NCBI RefSeq assembly: GCF_037042905.1
Contig: NC_087246.1
Location: forward strand, 8,558,001 to 8,622,000
Length of the DNA stretch: 64,000 nucleotides
Direction: 5' to 3'
From: Lytechinus pictus
Taxonomy: Eukaryota
This document shows positions 1-9,900 of the stretch, piece by piece; within the stretch, counting starts at the first letter, position 1, and each line of letters starts with the position of its first letter. The notes below the pieces were generated by a model that ran no database searches, was not told the DNA's origin, and saw only the letters and a list, made by a program, of their open reading frames with translations. The position numbers and the translations under genes are program-made.

Positions 1-213
1 TTCTAGCGCGATCTGTACAGGGGACTCAATGGCCATATGTTTATGTACTTAAGATCGGATAAAACGGGGAAGTGAATTTGCGCGACAGCCGAGGTAAGTC
101 CCTGTTTTTGTTCCTTTTAACTTGATTTTTCTCAGTTTTTTGGCAATTAATGCCAAGAGGGATTATTAATTTGCATTTTGGTCGCGTTAATTTTCAAAAT
201 TTTTATTCATTAA

Positions 214-815
214 AGGACAAGTCCACCCCAACAAAAACTTGATTTGAATAAAAAGAGAAAAATTCAACAAGCATTACACTGAAAATTTCATTAAAATCGG
301 ATGTAAAATAAGAAAGTTATGACATTTTAAAGTTTCGCTTAATTTCACAAAACAGTTATATGCACATCTCGGTCGGTACGCAAATGAGGAACTGATGACA
401 TCACTCACTCACTATTTCTTTTGTATTTTATTATATGAAATATGAAATATTTTTATTTTCTCGTCATTGTCATGTGAAATGAAGTTTAATTCCTCCCTGA
501 ACACGTGGAATTCCATAATTTTTACATTTTGTGCTTCTGGCAAGGAGGTCCTAATCGTCAAATTCGTAAAAAATGAAATATTGTATAATTCAAACAATAA
601 AAAACAAAAGAAATAGTGAGTGAGTGACATCATCGACTCTCTCATTTGGATGTAACTGGCTCGTTCATATAACTATTTTGTTAAAAATAAGCGAAACTTT
701 GAAATGTCATAACTTTCTTATTTTACATCCGATTTTGATGAAATTTTCAGCATTGTGCTTGTCTGATTTTTCTCTATTGATTAAAATCAACATTTTTCTG
801 AGGTGGACTTGACCT
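214..815. mobile_element. Kolobok-like non-autonomous DNA transposon (MITE), family A
   Basis: TTAA|AGGACAAGTCCACC ... GGTGGACTTGACCT|TTAA with long imperfect inverted arms. A TTAA TSD with purine (AG) termini is the Kolobok rather than the piggyBac pattern. Confidence 0.85.
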
Positions 816-819
816 TTAA

Positions 820-968
820 AGACAAAAATTGAAGAGCCCCGACGGGGGGATTTTGCATTGCAAGTCCCCTAATGGTGGCTGCACGCTAGCGAGCCGTCTG
901 TGTACGAGGAGAAATAAAAAAAAAAAATGTTAAAAAACTCCTCGAAACAGACGGCTGCCAGCTGTCTA
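820..968. mobile_element. Terminus of unclassified TAGAC...GTCTA hairpin-ended element (other end probably upstream of the window)
   Basis: Reverse complement of 5405-5559. Ends AGACGGCTGCCAGCTGTCTA and abuts the truncated left arm of the foldback at 969. Confidence 0.7.
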
Positions 969-1591
969 GCTCCACTCCACTTCACTACCGCTACACTACG
1001 CTCCACCTACCCGAACTTCGAGACCATGAACTCGATCGGATATTCCGAGTGACAAAAGGTGGGATTTTATGGGGAGAAAATACAAAATTCATGCAACATC
1101 ACGATCTTTAAAAACAAGTGCAACTAATATTCTTACTTTACACAAAGTTTCACTTCTTTTCCATGCTTCTATCACTGTATCAGTCTCAAAATTGATGATT
1201 TAGAGCAACATGAAGTTCCTCACACGTATAATACATCGCATGCGGGAGGTACCGGGTCTGGTCCGAACTCGGACCCTCGCGCGCATGCGATGTTCTGAAA
1301 TCGGCAGCGAATTATTACGTGTGAGGAACTTCATGTTGGCTCTAAATCATCAATTTTGAGACTGATAGAAGCATGGAAAAGAAGTGAAACTTTGTGTAAA
1401 GTAAGAATATTAGTTGTACTTGTTTTTAAAGATCGTGATGTTGCATGAATTTTGTATTTTCTCCCCATAAAATCCCACCTTTTGTCACTCGGAATATCCG
1501 ATCGAGTTCATGGTCTCGAAGTTCGGGTAGGTGGAGCGTAGTGTAGCGGTAGTGAAGTGGAGTGGAGCCTGCACGAACTTCGCTCGAGGTA
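969..1591. mobile_element. Foldback MITE (TACC termini, Mutator-like), left tip missing
   Basis: Near-perfect inverted arms of roughly 270 bp around a short loop. Same family as 3937-4621. The left terminal ~23 bp are absent where the hairpin-ended element abuts. Confidence 0.85.
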
Positions 1592-1600
1592 GTGTAACGT

Positions 1601-3370
1601 AGGCTTACTCCCCATGCATGATGAAGCCTGGGACACTAAGCTAAGGCATAGTCATGCACTTACGGCCACAAAACCTGAAACTTTCGCCCCCGAGATTTCT
1701 ACTTTCCCTCTAAGATCTAGCCCTAAATCATGTATAGTCACGTATTGTATTAGTATTACCGGACACTATTATGATTCCGGACGCGCATATTACTGCGTTC
1801 GAAAACAATTTCGTACGGTAAGACTTCCGCAATTCAATTTCACAGAGCAATACATAGAACAGGATTGCAAAAACAAGGCGAAAAAATCCAACTTTTAACT
1901 TATTTATCTCTAAAATGACAGAAAATGCTTAAGATATCAAATAACATAGTTTTGCATTAACAATTGATATATTTTCTAACGGAAATATGGGTCTGATCTG
2001 CCGAATTTCAATCTCGTCCGCTCCTTCGATCGAATGATGAGGTGTGGTGTATTGTGGGTGATCGTCGACGGCTAGTTCAATTCTCAAGGTAACCGTGCGC
2101 GAGGTTTACCGTGAGTATAGAGCCGTCGACGATCGGCAGCGCATCGATAGAACTTGAGCGTCACGATACGAACGAGCATAATATTGGAAAGTTCCATGAA
2201 ACATGCGGCTAACAAGAAAAAATAAAATAAGTTATCAAACACGAATTTATTACCAACATCTGCTCAGAATCGGTATAAGAACAGCAAACAAAAACTTAGA
2301 ATTTCCTCATGATATGATATAAGAAGAAAAAATCACACAAATTTGTTCTTACATCATTATAATCAAGAATATCTTTACCCGTCCGGCGCGCGTCCGGAAT
2401 CATGATGTAATTTGTCACGCACGAAAATAACTGTTTTTCGTGGAGGGGTATGCGGCAAGTGCGATGCAAAGAAAATGGTTGGTAAATATAAAATAATTTT
2501 ACCATATTCATAATTTTCATAATATTTGGAATAGCAAGTGCGAATTTTTCTTGATTGTATTTCCTCTAGTTGTCATTTTTAAAGCACTGAAATAAAGGTG
2601 TCCGGCAATAGGATACACTGCCATACATGGGGTTCAACTTCATTTCCGACATTTCTGCGATATCGATTTCATTTTTAAAGAAGAATTCATTAAAAAAACA
2701 ATAAAAAATGTTATGAAAAATGGGAAGAGCTTAAGTTACGTCACCATCTTGATTTCTTTGTCTTCCGCTTGGCGACAGCATGCAAATCGCGCGGTTTGCG
2801 TGCTGTCGCCAAGCGGAAGACAAAGAAATCAAGATGGCGACGCAAACAGTTGAACTGTTGAAATGAAGTTGAACCCCATGTACATGATTTAGGGCACCCA
2901 TGCATGGGCTCATATCATCTCGCGTCCGAAGGAATATCATTATAATAACGCGACACACACGACACATCCATATACTACTGGGCTTTCGCCCACATAAAAC
3001 ATCACACATAATTAGGGATTTCACATTCTGCTATGACACTTACCCAATCATTTAGATCCTTCCGTGACTTCTCCTTGAAGTTTCTTCTAAAAAATATGTA
3101 TATTTTCTTGATCTTTAGTGAAGATTTCACGGAGATAAAATTTGGTCAGCGCCGATATCAATTTTTGTCTAAAGAGGGCGCGCGATTTATATTCATATCA
3201 AAGACACGACAAGGGAAAGACTAGGCACCTACACTATTTTACACGCAAATTGACGCAGGTCTTTTAGAGGGAAAGTAGAAATCTTGGGGGCGAAAGCTAA
3301 AGTTTCAGGTTTTGTGGCCGTACGTGCATGACTATGCCTTAGTGTCCCAGGCTTCATGGGGAGTAAGCCT
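1601..3370. mobile_element. Non-autonomous TIR element with ~110-bp TIRs and non-coding CpG-rich interior
   Basis: AGGCTTACTCCCCATG...GATTTCTACTTTCCCTCTAA at 1601-1713 is inverted at about 3266-3370. Flanked by ACGT on both sides, which is palindromic, so TSD versus TIR is ambiguous. Confidence 0.75.
2626..2880. mobile_element. Small MITE with TA flanks and internal ~100-bp hairpin, nested in 1601-3370
   Basis: TA|CATGGGGTTCAACTTCATTTC ... GAAATGAAGTTGAACCCCATG|TA, with an internal palindrome at 2739-2842. Confidence 0.75.
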
Positions 3371-3495
3371 ACGTAGAGTAGATGACTTTTACTCGCCAGA
3401 AGCCTCCAGGCTACTCATGGGTGCATTACTGCCGCCGTGTAGATCTACAGTACAGGTACGGTACGGTACAGGAACACTGAAGGCACGGCGTACCG

Positions 3496-3573
3496 TACCT
3501 CGAGCGAAGTTCGTGCAGGCTCCATTCCACTTCACTACCGCTACACTACGCTCCACCTGCCCGGGCAGAGGTA
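3496..3573. mobile_element. 78-bp mini-derivative of the TACC foldback MITE
   Basis: TACCTCGAGCGAAGTTCGTGCAGG...GAGGTA flanked by GGCGTACCG and GGCGTACTG (8/9 match). Confidence 0.75.
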
Positions 3574-3582
3574 GGCGTACTG

Positions 3583-3725
3583 TAGACCAAAAGCTTCGGT
3601 CTCTGTTATTTGTTCTGCTGAACTCCGTTGGCTCCACTCACCAAATATGAAATACATAAGAGGAGAAATCAAAAAAATAAAAAAATGTTTAAAAACTCCC
3701 GAAACAGACAGCTACCAGCTGTCTA
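3583..3725. mobile_element. 143-bp TAGAC...GTCTA element with a hairpin at each end
   Basis: Flanked by GGCGTACTG and GGCGTATCG. A homologous copy lies in reverse orientation at about 63578-63730. Confidence 0.7.
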
Positions 3726-3936
3726 GGCGTATCGGTACCGGTATGCAAAATTGCAACAACCTCCCGCAAATTTAATAAGAGGATTCACAGAATCAATTCC
3801 TCCTACGAAACTTACCGAACGATGTGAAGTCAATTCCTCCTAATAACTAATATGATGAATAGCCCTGTCAAATAGCGTCATTTAAGCGTTGCTTTTTCTT
3901 TTCGTTGACAAAATACGGAGCGAGCTTGCGATTTCC

Positions 3937-4621
3937 TACCTCGGGCGAAGTTCGTGCAGGCTCCACTTCACTACCGCTACACTACGCTCCACCTACCCGA
4001 ACTTCGGGACCGTGAGCCATTTCGGATATACCGAGTGACAAAGGTGGGATGAAATGATGGTTTATTGTAAAAATTACAGAAAAAAATATAACGAGAAAGA
4101 TAAATAGTTTAATATCTTACTCTACACCCGTATTTCACTCCGTGTCCATCCTCCGGTTATCCTCAAAATTGGTGATTTTGGGCCAGTATCAAATTCCTCA
4201 CACGTATCATTCACGGCCGATTTCAAAACATTGTATGCAACGAATGTAGAGGGCAGGCAGCAACACACATCAGTGTTGCTATTATATTAGGAAGGTCCAG
4301 CGCACTCGATACGCACATACAATGTTTTGAAATCGGCCGTGAATAATACGTGTGAGGAATTTGATACCGGCCCAAAATCACCAATTTTGAGGATAACCGG
4401 AGGATGGACACGGAGTGAAATACGAATGTAGAGTAAGATATTAAACTATTTATCTTTCTCGTTACATTTTTTTCTGTAATTTTTACAATATACCATCATT
4501 TCATCCCACCTTTGTCACTCGGTATATCCGAAATGGTTCACGGTCCTGAAGTTCGGGTAGGTGGAGCGTAGTGTAGCGGTAGTGAAGTGGAGTGGAGCCT
4601 GCACGTACTTCGCCCGAGGTA
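3937..4621. mobile_element. Complete foldback MITE with 9-bp TSD (Mutator-like)
   Basis: GCGATTTCC|TACCTCGGGCGAAG ... CTTCGCCCGAGGTA|GCGATTTCC. Arms of about 300 bp are almost perfectly inverted. Confidence 0.9.
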
Positions 4622-4629
4622 GCGATTTC

Positions 4630-5400
4630 CCAAATTTTTCGTCTAATGAGCTAAAGTAAAGAGGGCGCGCGATTTATCTTCATATCAAAGATGCTACAAG
4701 GGAAAGACTAGATCTATTACAAGGCACACGTAAATCGATGCAAAGCATTACGCGAAGTCGGCAAAGTGTCCAATCTTTTTACTGCTAAAATCTTTAGTGG
4801 AACGTTAATTGACAAACGAACGGTAGCACTTGCGGGGTTCTTTCAAGGTACGTAGAATTTTCTATATTTTTTGTTTAATTTGTCATCGCTTTGAATATTT
4901 TCCAAAAAGTAATATCGTCAGCAAAAATAATGTAAAAGGTACGTTTTTTTTAAGTTATTGCATTTATTGGTGTCTCTATTTTATCAAACAATCATTGGAA
5001 TTGCGTATACAATGAATCAAGAATCAACTTTTAAAAATACCGACAAGCTGAATTCAGGTTGTGAATTGTATTAGTGCCACCAACGACCTTCCTTTTATTT
5101 CCGTGGAAGAGACATGCGAAGCCACTTTCTAGGCCGAGGTAAGCGATTTTGCTCTTTTTTATGTCATTTTTATATTTGAAAATATGTTAAAAATTGAAAA
5201 TGGAACGCTTGTCACCAGAAAAAGCCCTGGTGAGTAGCGGAATGAGTTTCGGCTAACATCATTCACGTTATGAAGCGATGTTAACCGACAACTCTAAAAT
5301 CCATTACGTAAACACGTTGGTAGTCCGAGGTTAGTATATATACTAACCTCGTAATACGTGTGAGTGGACTGTGGCCTGTGTGCACGTGCAGTCAGTCACT
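4630..5400 (+). promoter_or_regulatory. Putative ZW10 promoter / first-exon region
   Basis: CpG-retaining DNA with candidate donors at 4847 (AAG|GTACGT), 5138 (GAG|GTAAGC) and 5229 (CTG|GTGAGT), upstream of the first certain exon. Confidence 0.4.
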
Positions 5401-5404
5401 TGAC

Positions 5405-5559
5405 TAGACAGCTGGCAGCCGTCTGTTTTGAGGAGTTTTTTTAACATTCTAATTTTTTTATATTTCTCCTCGTACACAGACGGCTCGCTATCGTGCAGCC
5501 ACCATTAGGGGTTAACACTGCAAAATCCCCCCAACGGGGCTCATCAATTTTTGTCTTTA
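5405..5559. mobile_element. Terminus of TAGAC hairpin-ended element, interrupted by the Helentron-like insertion
   Basis: TAGACAGCTGGCAGCCGTCTG... is the reverse complement of 820-968. Confidence 0.7.
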
Positions 5560-6542
5560 TTGTCTCACCTGCATAGCAGAGTGAGACTATAGGCGCCGCT
5601 TTTCCGACGGCGACGGCGGCGACGGCGGCGGCGACGGCGACGGCGGCGGCGGCGTCAACACCAAATCTTAACCTGAGGTTAAGTTTTTGAAATGACAGCA
5701 TAACTTAGAAAGTATATGGACCTAGTTCATGAAACTTGGCCATAAGGTTAATCAAGTATTACTGAACATCCTGCCTGAGTTTCATGTCACATGACCAAGG
5801 TCAAAGGTCATTTAGGGTCAATGAACTTAGACCATGTTGGGGGAATCAACATCAAAATCTTAACCTAAGGTTAAGTTTTTGAAATGTCATCATAACTTAG
5901 AAAGTGTATGGACCTAGTTCATGAAACTTATACATAAGGTTAATCAAGTATCACTGAACATCCTGCATGAGTTTCACATCACATGACCAAGGTCAAAGGT
6001 CATTTAGGGTCAATGAACTTTGGCCGAATTGGGGGTATCTGTTGAATTACCATCATAACTTTGAAAGTTTATGGATCTGATTCATGAAACTTGGACATAA
6101 TAGTAATCAAGTATTACTGAACATCCTGTGCAAGTTTCAGGTCACATGATCAAGGTCAAAGGTCATTTAGGGTCAATGAACTTTGGCCAAATTGGGGTAT
6201 TTGTTGAATTACAGCCATAAATTTGAAAGTGTGTTGGTCTAGTTCATAAAACTTGGACATAATAGTAATCAAGTATCACTGAACATCCTGTGCGAGTTTC
6301 AGGTCACATGATCAAGGTCAAAGGTCATGTAAGGTCAAAGAACTTTGGCCACGTTGGGGGTATTTGTTGAATTGCCATCATATCTCTATAAGTGTATTGG
6401 TCTAGTTCATAAAACGTGGAAATAAGAGTAACCAAGTATCACTGAACATCTTGTGCGAGTTATAGTAGTTTTCAAAATCAGCACTGCTGCTATATTGAAT
6501 TTCGTGATGCAGGTGAGACGGCCAGAGGCATTCCACTTGTTT
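5560..6542 (+). mobile_element. Helentron/DINE-1-like non-autonomous rolling-circle element, family H1
   Basis: Subterminal inverted repeat GTCTCACCTGCAT (5562) / ATGCAGGTGAGAC (6507), 5' stem-loop, (GGCGAC/GGC)n microsatellite, internal ~120-180-bp tandem repeats, T-rich insertion site, no TSD. Confidence 0.75.
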
Positions 6543-6910
6543 CATTAAAAAATATATTGGGGGGGGGGGGCAAAACGCCCATGTCTTAATAGTAATTTCT
6601 TAACTTTATTATCATAAAACAATGTGCATCTAATAGTTGAAAAAAAGTATAGGATACTAGCCTCGCTGCAGTGAGTGGGTTGTGATATAGCCTTGTAAAT
6701 TCGCCTATAATATAAGTTGGTTTGAAAGTTCTCCATTTTTAATTTGACATTGACAGGTAAGATGCAAAATGTTTGTCTTCGTTTTCATGGGAAGAATGAT
6801 TTAGTATATGGAGTTTTCAAGATTATAGAGCTTTGAATTAAGAAGCACGGTATGTGGCCCAATTTGTAAGCCCATGTTAAGCATGACTGTGATAATTGTT
6901 CTTTGTCCAG

Positions 6911-9900
6911 GTTTGATGGAAAAGGAAGACCTTGCCACAAGGATTGATAAAGTGTCTACCCAGATCTGTGAGTTGAAAGCAGAGATAAGTGTTGCCCTGA
7001 GGCAGCGCTATGTGGACTTTATCCCATCACAGGATAAGATTGAAAAGATGCACTCTAGAGTACGCTCCTTGGATACTGAGATGCATGACCTTGGGTATAA
7101 GATACAGGTACTATTAAAAAAGGTTAAATTGGGGTTTGTAAAAAAACTGTTGATCATTTGACTGACATCACAATTTATTGCATTGAAAGTTATGTGCAAT
7201 CACTCTCAAAAATATAATTTATATGAGTTACTATGCACTGCTGCAGGAGTGGAAGCCCCGGGGGGCAGGGTTGGGCGGTAAATACCGGTAGTGGTAATTA
7301 CCGGTGGTAAATACCGGTAAATACCGTCCGGTAAATAAGATGGGCGTCCGGTAAATATGTAAAAAACGGGAAATATGATTAATAATTCTTTTTTTTTCAA
7401 TAATTTTAGTTGTTTTTAACCTCAACAAATGAAAATAGTGTTCTGAAATAATTAGAATCACAAAACTCATAGTAGAAACACACAAACAGATAAAATCCAT
7501 ACTGCATACATGTACATACCCAAACACACATAGGATCTAAGTCCACATATACGTACACAAACTCAAATTATGTTCCTGGAAATTGAATAATCATATTAAA
7601 ACATACACAAATATTTCTCCTGGGGTTTAACTTTACATGCCATTGTATCTCATTACAATATGATTTTTGTTTTTAAGTGTGAATAAAGGAGTTTTAGTGT
7701 GTTCATGTATCAGTGTGTACTAGTGGTTGCTGGTTTTGAATTTTGATATTGCTTACAGAAAAAGATCTTTTTGTAGCCTAAAAAATTACACAACTCGGAT
7801 TATGCCATTTTTAATGTTGCAATTCTTTTAATATAACTTTTAAAAGAAGTTTAACAAACAAAGCAAACACAAAAATTAAAAAGCATAACTTATACAAATG
7901 TACACAAAAGTGGAAAGAGGTGTCAAAAGTTGTTTCCTTAATAAAATGAATACAATAATTGACATACGAAATGTAAAATAAATAACTTGTACAGTTTGTC
8001 ATATTCATATTGATTGAAAGCTATTGTAAACAAATCAATCTTGGAGCACGCTCCATTGTTTCCCTTTACAATAGCTTCTCTTTTTAATCAGTCATAGTGA
8101 GATCAACAAAATTTCAAAAGAATGTCTGGTGCACATTGAGACAAGGATATCCTCGATATACATGTATGACGAAAAAGGATATAGCAGAGATAGTGACATC
8201 AATGAGGATGACAGAGAAATTGAAGAGTTTGACAATGAAAATGGGGTCCCAAATTTTTATGATATTTATGTATTTTGAAGCACATGGCATTTTGTTCATA
8301 TGCTATTACAAGTTTATGCTCACTAGCGTACCTACGGGGGGGGGGGGGGCAGTCTGCCCCCCCTGACGAGTCACAACCCATGCAAAGGACGTATCCGTGC
8401 CCCCCTGAAGACCTTTTTTGCCCCCCCTGACGAGTTTGAAGACCTTTTTTGCCCCCCCCCCCCTGACGAGCTTGAAAACCTTTTTTTTTTTTGCTTGTCA
8501 ATTTTTTTGGACGGTTTTGCCCCCCCCCCTTCTGGAAAATCCTAGGTACGCTACTGTTTATGCTCATTAATACATGTACATGTAGGTATTCATGAATATG
8601 GTAATTATTGACTGACTTAATGAAGATCATCATATCTAAATTAGATGTATATTTGGGATCTTTTTAGTATTTGATTGTATTTTTTCCAGCATTTCATGAT
8701 AACACACATAGATAACACCCAAACACAAACATAAACACACACACAAACAAACAAACACACACACACACAAATGGTACACACCAGAGCAACCATATTCACC
8801 ACCTTTGTTTTTATGTTCAAAATTTGACAATCCCTATAGAAAAGTGAGTAGAAAATTATATTTCCCGGTATTTCCCGGTGAAAAGTGGTAAATACCGGAA
8901 AAAGCGGTAAATACCGGTAAATACCGCTTATTTCCCGGCGTCCGGGAAATTAGCCTCCGAAGCGGGAAATATGCCAACCCTGCCGAGGGGGGGGGGGACC
9001 ACTTACATCGACAAGTGGATACCATGCGCGACCAAAAAAACACATAAAAAGGATGTCTCTTTCAAGATAGGGCACGTTACGTATGTAACGTAATAAGGGT
9101 GTCAAAAACACTAAAATAATGAAAAAAGGGTATCTATTTTCGCTGGGAAAGCTATGTGTTTAGGGTCAAATTTGCGAGGGTGTAAAAAAAATTGAAACTA
9201 AAATAATGATAAGGGATGTACTTTTTGCCCTAAGAGTCAACACTACGTGTTTAGAGTACGATTTTGCGCGAGATGTGGGAGGTGGGGCTGTACTATAAAC
9301 CCAATCAGGTAAAGGTAAAACCAACGACCGATGACAGTGACATAACAATAAAGATATGTTGTACTTGTTTAGGGGGTCAATTCAGGGAATACTTGCCAAG
9401 AGTATCGTTTTGTTTCCAATACTTGTTAAGGGTAGGGTTTCACACGCCAATACTTGGTAAGGGGTGCATTTTCAGAATATGAAAAATACGTGCTTAGGGT
9501 GCTTTTCGAGACCTCGTGGTCGCGCATGTAATCCACTTGTCAATGGAAGTGGCCCCCCTGGGGTGGAAGCATAAATCCTGCTTCTTTATTTTCATGCCTT
9601 CACGTGATACTTCTAAGATAAGTTTAGCTATTACAAGGAAACCAACAATCTAATCAGTTTCTTGATTACTTACAAGTGTTAACTTCAAATGTTGTCTTTG
9701 AAAATAAATAATTGCTAGTTTGCTTCAAAATGTGAATTGCTTGTTTTAATTTTACACCAGGCACGCCCTTAACATGGATAAAGTTTGATTTGAAATTTGG
9801 GAATTACCATCACTCAACTCATCTGTAAATATTTAAAAATGCCATCAAACTAAATTTATGCTAATAAATTTTATTCAAAACTTATCAAGAGTTCTGGCTG

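Larger units (their letters stand above)
7257..9562. mobile_element. CCCGGGG-ended non-autonomous DNA transposon with 8-bp TSD (outer member of a nest)
   Basis: GTGGAAGC|CCCGGGGG ... CCCCCCTGGG|GTGGAAGC. Subterminal inverted sequence CCACTTACATCGACAAGTGGAT / ATCCACTTGTCAATGGAAGTGG. Confidence 0.8.

Noticed and set aside
940..969. Canonical Helitron 3' end (hairpin + CTAG)
   Set aside because: The bases after CTRG vary (C, G, T, G) rather than the obligatory T, the hairpin includes the terminus, and one copy appears to have a 9-bp TSD.
3312..3650. 112-aa and 82-aa overlapping ORFs
   Set aside because: They cross several transposon junctions, have no recognisable domain, and the longer one lacks an ATG start.
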